Shown one piece after another: positions 21,610-31,087 of a stretch of 64,000 nt of DNA (position 1 is the first letter of the stretch; every line of letters starts with the position of its first letter). The position numbers and the translations under genes are program-made. The notes beneath the pieces are model-generated. The model had not been told where the DNA came from, made no database searches, and saw only the letters and a list, made by a program, of their open reading frames with translations. The stretch is from Candidatus Binatia bacterium (GTDB taxonomy: Bacteria > Desulfobacterota > Binatia > Bin18), in contig CAXXHG010000021.1 of the NCBI GenBank assembly GCA_963666315.2, positions 128,001-192,000 of the forward strand, written 5' to 3'.

Positions 21610-23040
21610 ATGCCCAAACGCATCTACTTCAACGCTTTTCATATGAACTGCGTGGTGCATCAATCTCCAGGCCTATGGGTCCGGCCGGAAGACCAGATGG
21701 AAAACTACACCGATCTTAACACCTGGATTGAACTCGCCAAAGTGTTGGAGCGGGGAAAGTTTGATGCCCTCTTTTTGGCTGATGTTGTTGGTGTGTACGA
21801 TGTTTTTCGTGGCGGTCGGGAGGCGGCGCTTACGCAAGCCGCCCAGGTACCGGTGAATGATCCCATGCTGCTTGTGCCCGCTATGGCTGCTGCAACCGAA
21901 CATCTGGGTTTCGCCTTCACCAGTTCTATCTTCCAGTATCATCCGTTCACGTTTGCTCGACTGATCTCAACCTTAGACCATCTGACAAAAGGCCGTATTG
22001 CCTGGAACATTGTGACCTCGTACTTAGAAAGTATGGGGCGCAGCTATGGTCAGTCTGGTTTGGTCGAGCATGACGAGCGCTATGATATGGCGGATGATTA
22101 TTGTGATGTATGCTACAAGCTGTGGGAATCGAGTTGGGAGGACGATGCGGTCGTTAAGGATAAGCGGCGTGGAATTTATGCGGACCCGACCAAGGTGCGA
22201 AACGTCGTCCACGAGGGCAAGTATTATAAAGTAGACGGTTGTCACCTTTCCGAGCCCTCACCGCAACGTACCCCTGTTTTATACCAGGCTGGCTCATCGC
22301 CACGTGGGCAAGCGTTTGCCGCCCGACACGCCGAGTGCGTGTTTCTCGCTACTCCTACGCCTGACATTGCGGGGCAGTACATCCAATCGACCCGGAAACA
22401 GGCAGAGCAGAACGGGCGCAACCCGGAAGACATTCTTTTCTTTGCCTATCTTAAAGTGATTACCGGTGGTACTGAGGCGGAAGCCAAGAAGAAGTACGAC
22501 GACTACTTCGAACAGGTCAGCTACGACGGTGCGATGGCATTACTGAGCGGCTGGGCTGGGTACGACTTTGGAAGGTTAGATCCGGACGAACCGCTGGAAT
22601 ACATCGAAACAAATGCGATTCGGACACTCTGGAATTCGTTCACCCGGGCAGACCCGGACCGCAAATGGACCGTACGTGATCTCGCCAAGTATATCGGTAT
22701 CGGCGGAGGTGGCCCCGTGGCGGTCGGGACGCCGGAACAGATCGTAGAGGAATTCCAGCGATGGACCCAGGTTGGAGTCGATGGGTTTAACCTCGCCTAC
22801 GCTGTGACTCCTGGGACATTTGAAGACTTTGTTGATGGTATCGTGCCCGTTCTCCAGCAACGGGGGATGATGCAAACACAGTATCAAGAGGGAACGCTCC
22901 GTGAGAAACTCTACGGAGCCGGACACGCACGCCTCAGCGAGCCGCATCCGGCTGCAGGCTATCGCGCGCGGACTGTCTCTGAGACCGTAGGCCGTCCTGA
23001 CAGACACGAAGAACCGGCCGGCGTTTCCGTGGCGAGATAA
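21610..23040 (+). CDS. NtaA/DszA/SnaA family FMNH2-dependent monooxygenase
   Basis: LERGKFDALFLAD, TLDHLTKGRIAWNIVTSY, PSPQRTPVLYQAGSS, GTLREKL. Confidence 0.93.
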   Translation: MPKRIYFNAFHMNCVVHQSPGLWVRPEDQMENYTDLNTWIELAKVLERGKFDALFLADVVGVYDVFRGGREAALTQAAQVPVNDPMLLVPAMAAATEHLGFAFTSSIFQYHPFTFARLISTLDHLTKGRIAWNIVTSYLESMGRSYGQSGLVEHDERYDMADDYCDVCYKLWESSWEDDAVVKDKRRGIYADPTKVRNVVHEGKYYKVDGCHLSEPSPQRTPVLYQAGSSPRGQAFAARHAECVFLATPTPDIAGQYIQSTRKQAEQNGRNPEDILFFAYLKVITGGTEAEAKKKYDDYFEQVSYDGAMALLSGWAGYDFGRLDPDEPLEYIETNAIRTLWNSFTRADPDRKWTVRDLAKYIGIGGGGPVAVGTPEQIVEEFQRWTQVGVDGFNLAYAVTPGTFEDFVDGIVPVLQQRGMMQTQYQEGTLREKLYGAGHARLSEPHPAAGYRARTVSETVGRPDRHEEPAGVSVAR

Positions 23041-23073
23041 CTCATATTTCCAGTGTTGAGAGGAGGTAGCCAG

Positions 23074-23541
23074 ATGAGCACCACAACGGTGAAGCCGCTG
23101 AGTCCGATTCAGCAAAAGTTATTGAAAACGATATTGAAACCGGCCTCTCTCATGAACACGTGGGTATACCGGATGTCCGGAGGCAAAATAGGAGGGACTG
23201 CCGGCGGTGCCCCAGTGGTGCTGCTCACAACGACGGGCCGAAAATCCGGACAGCCCCGGACTGCTCCCTTGCTCTATCTTGAAGACAACGGGAATATAAT
23301 CGTTGTGGCCTCACAAGGCGGAATGTCAACAAATCCCTTATGGTTCAGAAATCTTGAAGCCAACCCGGAAGTAGAGATTGAGATTGGCAAAGAGAAGCGC
23401 AAGGCGCGAGCTCGTCGGGCAAATGAAGAAGAAAAGGCTGCCTTGTGGCCAAAACTGACAGCCATGTACGGGAGTTTTGATCTCTATCAAGCTCGCACCG
23501 AGCGTAATATTCCGGTCGTGATTCTTTCTCCGCTCGAATGA
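23074..23541 (+). CDS. Ddn-like F420H2-dependent nitroreductase/quinone reductase
   Basis: LLTTTGRKSGQPRTAPL, VASQGG, PLWFRNLEANP, YQARTERNIPVV. Confidence 0.92.
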   Translation: MSTTTVKPLSPIQQKLLKTILKPASLMNTWVYRMSGGKIGGTAGGAPVVLLTTTGRKSGQPRTAPLLYLEDNGNIIVVASQGGMSTNPLWFRNLEANPEVEIEIGKEKRKARARRANEEEKAALWPKLTAMYGSFDLYQARTERNIPVVILSPLE

Positions 23542-23562
23542 AGGTATGCTACGCATGCTATG

Positions 23563-23817
23563 CTACGCATCCACCTTGTCAAAATATTGAATATTCGGTT
23601 GGGCCGTTACGAGTGCTCCGAGCCGGTCTAACGTCCCGGTTTCCGAACGCCAATTTAAATAGCGCTCCTGATGGCCGCGCGAGTCCCATAATTCATACAA
23701 CACCATGCTGCCCTTGGTCTCGGTATTGTCATAGAAATCGACACTCTGGCAGCCGTCGTAGGCTCGCGTATCGGGCAGCAACTCCTTCATGAGTGCCTTC
23801 ATATCGTCCACAGATTC
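23563..23817 (-). pseudogene. Antibiotic-biosynthesis monooxygenase (ABM) protein, 5' truncated
   Basis: LLPDTRAYDGC, ELWDSRGHQERYLNWRSETG. The first beta strand and start are missing. Confidence 0.7.
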
Positions 23818-23823
23818 ACAGAT

Positions 23824-26800
23824 ATGGAATAGCGTACTTGACCAGGTTGTCGATCTTTTACGTCAACGTGGGCGAGTGACCTATCGCGCACTCAAAAAAC
23901 AGTTTGAGCTGGATGATGACTTCTTGGAGGATCTGAAAGAAGAACGTCTCTACGCTCATCCTGAAGCCCAAGACGACGGAGGCCGTGGGCTCATCTGGCA
24001 AGGTGCGCGTGATGAAACAGGATCTTCACCCCAACCCCTGACTCCTAACTCCCAATGCCCAGCAAGCTACACCCCACCACACTTAGCCGAGCGCATCCGG
24101 GCGGAGCAAGCGGCGATGGAATCCCGTGGCGCAGCCAATGGTGAACGCAAAACCATCACGGCCCTATTTGCCGACCTCAAAGGTTCGACGGCACTGATTG
24201 AAGGCCTAGATCCAGAAGACGCCCGCGCCATTATCGACCCCGCGCTGCAACTGATGATGGATGCCGTGCACCGCTACGATGGCTATGTGGCGCAATCGTT
24301 AGGCGACGGTATCTTTGCGTTGTTTGGTGCACCCATTGCCCATGAAGACCACCCGCAGCGGGCGTTGTATGCAGCACTGCGGATTCAGGAAGAGATGCGA
24401 GGGTTTGCGGATACCCTCCGAGAGCAGGGGTATTCACCACTCATGATGCGGGTCGGAATAAATACGGGAGAAGTTGTGGTGCGGTCTATTCGCAAGGATG
24501 ATCTTCATACCGACTATGTGCCCGTGGGCCATTCGACCAACCTGGCAGCACGGATGGAGCAATCAGCGTCTCCGGGTTCTATTCTTGTGAGTGATTACGC
24601 CCACAAACACAACGACGGCTATTTTGAATTCAAAGATCTAAGTAAAACCCAGATTAAAGGGGTCGAAGAGCCACTCAATGTGTACGAAGTCTTGGGCGCT
24701 GGACCGCTCAGAACTCGTCTCCAGATTTCAGTACGACGGGGCATGGCCAGATCGTCGGAGTGATGGGCGAGCCAGGACTGGGGAAGTTGTGCCTGTTCTA
24801 TGAATTCAAGCTGGCCTCGCAGAGCGAATATTTGGTCTTAGAAGCGTTCGCGGTTTCGCACGGGAAAGCGTCTCCGTATCTCCCTTTGATCGAATTGCTG
24901 AAGAACTATTTTCAGATTGATCCGACGGATGATGAACGCCAACGGCAATCGAAAGTGGTAGGCTGGGTCTTGACGCTGGACCGCAGTCTCGAAGAGACGT
25001 TACCGTATCTCTTTTCACTCCTCAGTATCGAAGACGCCCAATCCAGCCTGCAACAGATGGATACCCAGATTCGCCGTCAACGGACGTTTGAGGCACTCAA
25101 GAAGCTCTTCTTGCGCGAGAGCTTGAACCAACCGCTCATCCTCATCGTTGAAGATCTGTACTGGATTGACACGGAAACGCAGGGCTTTCTGGATGTCTTG
25201 AGCGGGAGTATAGCCTCCGCTCAGGTCGTACTGCTGGTGAACTACCGGACCGAGTATCAGCGTCAGTGGGGTACGAAGACCTATCACACCCAACTGCACC
25301 TTGCTCCGCTCGGCCAAGCCGAAGCAGAAGAATTACTGGCGTTTCTTCTCGGTAACGACGACAGCCTCAAAACATTGAAGCCCCTCATTCTGGAAAGAAC
25401 GGAGGGGACACCGTTCTGTCTTTATGGAAGAGGTGGTGCAGACGTTGGTGGAAGAGGACGCCCTGATCGGTGATCGGGGCCACTATCGGTTGGAGACGGC
25501 GCCAGCCGCGCTTCATATTCCCCAGACGGTGCAAGGGATTCTGGCCGCACGGATCGATAGACTGAGTGTAGAAGAGAAAACATTCCTACAACAACTGGCC
25601 GTGATCGGGCGACAATTCCCCGCGAGCCTTATCAAACACGTCGTTCCCCAACCAGAGGACGATCTGTACCGTATCCTCACGTCCCTGCAGGCCAAAGAAT
25701 TTCTGTACGAGCAGCCCGCCTTCCCCGAGGTCGAGTATATTTTCAAGCACGCGCTGACCCAGGACGTAGCGTACGGCACGGTACTTCAAGAACAGCGCAA
25801 ATCCCTACATGAACGCACGGCGCAGGCGCTGGAATCCTTGTATTCGGATAGCCTCGAAGACCACTACAGTGAGCTGGCCCATCACTACAGTCACAGCGAA
25901 AATACCCGGAAGGCGGTCGAGTATTTGGGATTGGCGGGACAGAAAGCTGTGCAACATTTAGCCCATGAGGAAGGGTCGCGTTGCTTTATAACCGCCTCAG
26001 AACTCCTCTCTGAGAGTGGTGAGACACCCAACCGCGCGCGCCTAGAACTCCCATTGCAGACGGCTCCAGGGGAGACTTTGTACGTACACGTGATTCTGCT
26101 TTGCAAGGACTCCGTCACTACGACCCCGTGCGGCATCGCGCGCACGGGGTTCTGTATGGCATATACTCTGGGGTCCAGAATTTGGCCTGTTCCAGTTGGA
26201 GCCTGTGGTATCTGGGGTATCCGGACCAAGCCGTGCAACCAGCGGACCAAGCGTAGACCTTAGCCCGAGACGTGGGCCATCCCTTTAGTCTAGGCTACGG
26301 GGTGCTGAGTCCGGGTATCATTAAAGCGCTGCGGCCAGAGGCGCGCGACTCAAGAGCAGGCCGAAGCGCTTATTGCAGTAAGCGAGGAGCACGGGGTGCC
26401 AATCTCCCTGGCGTACGGCGTTCTTATCCGGGGGTATGCATTGGCCATGCAGGGGCAGAGAGCGGAGGGAAACAGCCAACTTCAAGAGAGGTTAAGAATA
26501 TTTCGTGCCTTGAAATTGACCTACTCGCTTCCCTTTTTTCTCTCTTTAGTTGCAGAAGTGTGTGTGCTGGATGGAAGGACATCAGAGGGACTCGTGGCCA
26601 TCGAGGAGGCATCAGCGCTCGCCCGGAGGGGGCAACGCTGGCATGAGCCTGAACTCCACCGGCTCAAGGGGGAGCTGACGCTGCAGAAGTCGACAGTTGA
26701 AGAAGAGGCGGAACCTCACTTTCTGAAAGCACTCGAAGTTGCTCGTCACCAAGAAGCCAAATCTCTTGAACTCCGCGCCGCCACCAGCTTGGCCCGGCTA

Positions 26801-26926
26801 TGGCAGCAACAAGGCAAGACGGCTGAAGCCCGCGACCTCCTTGCTCCTGTCTACGATTGGTTCACCGAAGGGTTTGATACGGCGGACTTGAAGGATGCGA
26901 AGACTCTGCTTGAAGAGTTGAAGTGA
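23824..26926 (+). pseudogene. Class III adenylate/guanylate cyclase with STAND ATPase and TPR tail, fragmented
   Basis: ERKTITALFADLKGST, GDGIFALFGAP, RVGINTG, GEPGLGK, YIFKHALTQDVAY, WFTEGFDTADLKDAK. Four ORFs with frameshifts and deletions. Confidence 0.9.
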
Positions 26927-26931
26927 AACAT

Positions 26932-26974
26932 CACCCACCGAAAAATGGTGGGTCTAAGAGGACCCACCCTACCG
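26932..26974. repeat. GTAG-type REP
   Basis: GGTGGGTCTAAGAGGACCCACCCTAC, a hairpin ending in CTAC. Confidence 0.6.
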
Positions 26975-27112
26975 GTTGCGTTCTGCCAGTTTCCTCGTAA
27001 TGCGCCTTAAAATCCTCAGGTAGTTTTACGATGGGCTTCAGGGTTTTCATCTGGGCGAGAAGTGGTATAGGGGCAAGTATCATCTGCCCACATGCAAAGA
27101 AGGAGGAGGAGT

Positions 27113-27502
27113 ATGGACGACGCAGCGCGAGAAAAGTATCTCCGCATAGCCCTCGTTGTCGTAGGGCTCACGTTTATTTTTGGCTTGTATCCCCTCATGA
27201 ACATTCTCTGGCCCTCTGGGTGGAGCTGGGAGCCGCGCCAATACGAGTATGAGCAGATGATTATGGGCGTGTATGCGACGCTGGGCGTCTTCTTGTTACT
27301 TGCCTCGCGTAATCCTGTGGAGCACCGCAGCCTGATCTGGTTTACGGTTTGGTCGAGTGTCGTGCATGCGGCCATTATGGCAGTCCAAGCCGTGGTCGAT
27401 CCGACCGAACGGGCTAATCTGCTTGGCGATGTACCCGCGTTGTTTATCATAGCGCTTGTGTTGGCTGTGTTAATGTCACGACGGGCTTCAACTCCAACCT
27501 GA
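27113..27502 (+). CDS. Small membrane protein (DUF6632-like)
   Basis: WPSGWSW, MIMGVYATLGVFLLLASRNP, FTVWSSVVHAAIMAVQA. Confidence 0.7.
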   Translation: MDDAAREKYLRIALVVVGLTFIFGLYPLMNILWPSGWSWEPRQYEYEQMIMGVYATLGVFLLLASRNPVEHRSLIWFTVWSSVVHAAIMAVQAVVDPTERANLLGDVPALFIIALVLAVLMSRRASTPT

Positions 27503-27552
27503 CAAGAAAAAAGGTGGATCTTGGAGATCCACTCTGCATTAAGGAGGGTCTC

Positions 27553-28449
27553 ATGAAATTTGGTTTTATGCTTCCTCAGTTTGGTGCAATGGCAACGCAC
27601 GAAACCATGCTCTCAATGGCCCAACTTGGCGAAGAACAAGGCTTTGAGTCGGTATGGGCGGCCGATCATGTGATCATGCCGACGCGGATCTCTACGCCGT
27701 ATCCGTACAGCAAGTCAGGTGAATATATCGCCGACCCGAAAGGTGCCCATCTTGAGCCTTTTACCATCCTCTCGTTTGTCGCAGGTTGTACGCATAGGAT
27801 TCGTTTGGGTTTTACCGTGATCGTGGCCCCGTACCGAAATCCCATTGTGACAGGAAAGATGATGGCTTCTCTCGATGTTCTGTCAAACGGTCGCCTCATT
27901 GCTGGCGTAGGCGCGGGCTGGTTAGAAGAGGAGTTCCAGGCCCTCGAGGTCCCGTTTACCAAACGATGGGCACGCACCGAGGAGCACATTCGTATTTGGA
28001 AAGAGCTGTGGACGGCTGAAGAGCCGCAGTTTGACGGACAGTTTTATCATTTTTCTGAAGTCCAATGCCGGCCCCAGCCGTTACAAAAGCCTCATCCGCC
28101 AATCACCATCGGTGGCCGAGGCAAAGCCAGTCTCAAACGAGTGGTGAGCCTCGGTGATGGCTGGCAAGTCGTCGCTGAGCATCCGGACGATGTGTATAGT
28201 ACGGAAGGAGATCTGGCTAAAGACCTTGCTACTCTCAAGCAGATGTCAGAAGAGGCCGGCCGGGATTTCCAAACCATTGAAATCACGGCAGTGATTATTG
28301 CTGGGACAGCAGAAGGCGTCCTCCGGGATATCGCCCAGTATGAACGGCTTGGCGTCAGCCGCCTCATCTTGGATTTCCCGTCCTTTGTTTCCGATCCTCA
28401 AGAAATGGCGACCATTTTGGAGAAGGTGGCGCCTGAGGCTGCGATGTGA
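27553..28449 (+). CDS. LLM class F420-dependent oxidoreductase (Rv2161c-like)
   Basis: SVWAADHVIMP, SLDVLSNGRLIAGVGAGWLEEEF, PLQKPHPPI. Confidence 0.88.
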   Translation: MKFGFMLPQFGAMATHETMLSMAQLGEEQGFESVWAADHVIMPTRISTPYPYSKSGEYIADPKGAHLEPFTILSFVAGCTHRIRLGFTVIVAPYRNPIVTGKMMASLDVLSNGRLIAGVGAGWLEEEFQALEVPFTKRWARTEEHIRIWKELWTAEEPQFDGQFYHFSEVQCRPQPLQKPHPPITIGGRGKASLKRVVSLGDGWQVVAEHPDDVYSTEGDLAKDLATLKQMSEEAGRDFQTIEITAVIIAGTAEGVLRDIAQYERLGVSRLILDFPSFVSDPQEMATILEKVAPEAAM

Positions 28450-28493
28450 AGAAGCGGTGGAGGCGGTAACGTTCTTTATGCTTGCAGGGCGCT

Positions 28494-29687
28494 ATGGGGG
28501 ACCGGGTGCAGCGGAGTGCTGAGTACGATGTCGTCATTGTCGGTGGAGCTATCATCGGCAGCGCTGTTGCGTACTTTCTCTCAGCCACTGATCATTTTCG
28601 TGGCCGCGTGCTCGTCATTGAGAAAGATCCGTCCTACCAAAAGTGTTCTACCACGCTCTCGCTCGCCTCTATTCGTCAGCAATTCTCTACGCCAGTTAAT
28701 ATTCAGCTGTCTCAGTTTGGAGTTGAATTCTTACGCGCTGCGAAGCAGCGACTCGGCCAGGACGTCGAGGTCAGCTTCCGGGAAGAAGGATATTTGTTGC
28801 TGGCAAGTGAGCAGGGGAAAGACATTCTTGAGCGCAACTCTGTTATCCAAAAGCAACAGGGCGCAGACGTTGGTCTCTTCAATGCGACTGAGCTGAAAAA
28901 ACGTTTCCCATGGCTTAATACCTCTGATATTGCTGCAGGCTGTCTTGGACTGTCGGGAGAAGGGTGGTTTGATGCTCACAGTGTGATGCATGCGATGCGG
29001 AGAGTGGCTGTCGCCCACGGCGCTGAGTTTATTCAGGGAGAGGTTACGAGTCTTGAAGTCTCACAGCAACGCGTTGTGTCTGCGCAGCTCAGTGATGGAC
29101 GCATCTTCTCTTGTGACGAGCTCGTGAATGCGGCTGGTCCGGCAGCAAGTAAAATCGCTCGTATGGCCGGTATAGAACTGCCAGTCGAAAGTCGAAAACG
29201 GTGTGTGTTTGTTTTTGATTGCCGACAGGCTGATGTGCTGCAACAGTGTCCGTTGATCGTCGATGTCTCAGGCGTTTACTGCCGGCCTGAAGGACAATAT
29301 TTCGTGTGTGGGGTGTCTCCACCCGAAGATCAGGATCCGCCAACACAAGACTTCAGTATTGATTATCACCTATTTGATGATGTCGTCTGGCCAGCGTTGG
29401 CCCACCGGGTGCCGGTTTTTGAAGCGATTAAGCAGGTCAATGCGTGGAGTGGGCATTATGCGTACAACACATTAGATCAGAACGCCATTGTCGGCCGGCA
29501 TCCGGTCGTCAAGAATTTTCTTTTTGCGAATGGATTTTCTGGCCATGGTGTACAACAAGCACCGGCTGTTGGCCGTGGAATTACCGAACTGATTTCCCGT
29601 GGTGCCTATCAGACGATCGATATAACACCACTGGGTTTTGAGCGGGTAATGGAAGGACGGCCCCTACAAGAACTGAATGTGATTTAA
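28494..29687 (+). CDS. FAD-dependent oxidoreductase (DAO / sarcosine oxidase beta / FOXRED1-like)
   Basis: DVVIVGGAIIGSAVAY, IRQQFSTP, NGFSGHGVQQAPAVGR. Confidence 0.9.
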   Translation: MGDRVQRSAEYDVVIVGGAIIGSAVAYFLSATDHFRGRVLVIEKDPSYQKCSTTLSLASIRQQFSTPVNIQLSQFGVEFLRAAKQRLGQDVEVSFREEGYLLLASEQGKDILERNSVIQKQQGADVGLFNATELKKRFPWLNTSDIAAGCLGLSGEGWFDAHSVMHAMRRVAVAHGAEFIQGEVTSLEVSQQRVVSAQLSDGRIFSCDELVNAAGPAASKIARMAGIELPVESRKRCVFVFDCRQADVLQQCPLIVDVSGVYCRPEGQYFVCGVSPPEDQDPPTQDFSIDYHLFDDVVWPALAHRVPVFEAIKQVNAWSGHYAYNTLDQNAIVGRHPVVKNFLFANGFSGHGVQQAPAVGRGITELISRGAYQTIDITPLGFERVMEGRPLQELNVI

Positions 29688-29851
29688 AGGGTGTTTGGAA
29701 AGTCGCCGTACACGTCATTGCGAGCGAAGCGAAGCAATCTGTGCTCCTCGGGGGGGGGTGTCGCGAAGCGACGGGTTGGGTTCACATCATGGGAAGTTGA
29801 TCTTCTCAAGACAACCCACCCCAGCCTTCTGCTACCCCTCCCAAGAGGGGA
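29685..29851. repeat. Composite palindromic repeat: half family-B element plus CCCCTCCCAAGAGGGGA-type hairpin
   Basis: 29685..29740 is nearly the reverse complement of 20215..20271. It starts at the stop codon of the upstream gene. Confidence 0.7.
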
Positions 29852-29955
29852 TTTTGAGCCTGTACTATTCCCCGTATGAGTAAAAAGAAAGTCTCGGAGC
29901 GTGCCTAATAAGTGTCTCTGTGGCGACGCCCAGAATGTACTTTTTGGACACGCTC

Positions 29956-30843
29956 TTACTGACCGGCAGACTTATGGCCCCAAATACTGCCTGCTGTATG
30001 GTACTGAACCTGCCAGGTGCTGTCGTCCACCACGCGCGCACCCCAGCCGTACTCGACTTCAAAACCTGATGGTGAATTCATATAAAATGAGAGCATGTGG
30101 TCGTTGGTGTGACGGCCCAGAGATCTGACAATGGGAACGCCCTTGTCCTGACACAGATCATAGGTTGAGCCGACATCGTCCATCGACTGGACCTGCAGCA
30201 TGAAATGATTGAGTCGTTTGTGCGGATTTGGTCGCGCGAAAAAAGCGATGGTGTGATGGCGTGGATTGCAGTGGAAGAAGGCGAGTTGAACTTCTTCCCC
30301 GCTAGGTCGGGTCAACTGGATATAGTCACTAATCCGCATGCCCAATACATCCCGGTAGAAATCTACGCTTTGATCGAAGTCATCCATGGTGATGACCATA
30401 TGGCCCAGCCCCTGCTCTGCAGCCACAAATCCGGACAGCGACCGCGGCGACTGGAACGGTTTGTTGAACGTCATGAGCGGGCCGTAGAAGATCTCAGACG
30501 GAATTCCGCTTGGATCTTTGTACGTGATGAGCTCAACAACACGCCGCGCAACGGCTTCCTCGCGTGTGCCGTGTTGCACTTCAATTCCGGCAGCGCGAAG
30601 CCGTTCTTCCAGGGCCCGCAGTTCATGCGTGCCGGTGACTTCCCAGCCGAGATAGGCCACATCGTCCTCTCCGGTTGGATGGATGAGAAAACGATGGTGA
30701 TAGTCGTCCAGACGGAGCAAGAGAGTCCCGTCGTCTTCTTTATTGCTAACCTGGAGGCCTAAGGTCTGCGTCGCAAACTCCTCCCAGGCGTTAATATCGC
30801 TCACGCCGATGCCCAAGTAACCTAATTGAGTAATGCTGGCCAT
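29956..30843 (-). CDS. Extradiol ring-cleavage dioxygenase (BphC/HsaC type)
   Basis: LGYLGI, GLGHMV, FFHCNPRHH, LNHFML, LGRHTNDHMLSFY, EVEYGW. Confidence 0.93.
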   Translation of the reverse strand: MASITQLGYLGIGVSDINAWEEFATQTLGLQVSNKEDDGTLLLRLDDYHHRFLIHPTGEDDVAYLGWEVTGTHELRALEERLRAAGIEVQHGTREEAVARRVVELITYKDPSGIPSEIFYGPLMTFNKPFQSPRSLSGFVAAEQGLGHMVITMDDFDQSVDFYRDVLGMRISDYIQLTRPSGEEVQLAFFHCNPRHHTIAFFARPNPHKRLNHFMLQVQSMDDVGSTYDLCQDKGVPIVRSLGRHTNDHMLSFYMNSPSGFEVEYGWGARVVDDSTWQVQYHTAGSIWGHKSAGQ

Positions 30844-30917
30844 GCTGCCCTCCTCATAGTGGCAAGCTGAGCGGGAAACCTATCACACCCGCCAAGTTGA
30901 AGCGAGAAGAATCGTAG

Positions 30918-31076
30918 TAGCGTGTCCAGTCTAAAAGTGTACGTGTCTACGCGTTCATACTTCGACGGGGCTCAGCACGAACAGGCCTTGTCTGTCGCCT
31001 CTTTTTCCGTTCGCCCTGAGCTTGTCGAAGGGGAGCGGCAGTAACATAACGCCCAGTTTTAAGGTAGACACCCTAG
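30918..31076. mobile_element. MITE-like element, palindromic cargo family A (inverted)
   Basis: TAG direct repeats, TIRs GCGTGTCCAGTCTAAAAGTG / GGGTGTCTACCTTAAAACTG. The ~105-bp core is close to the reverse complement of 2722..2822. Confidence 0.7.
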
Positions 31077-31087
31077 TAGTATTGGAT

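Noticed and set aside
29956-30843. Calling the dioxygenase hsaC or bphC
   Set aside because: The family is clear, but no steroid or biphenyl pathway neighbours are present to define the substrate.
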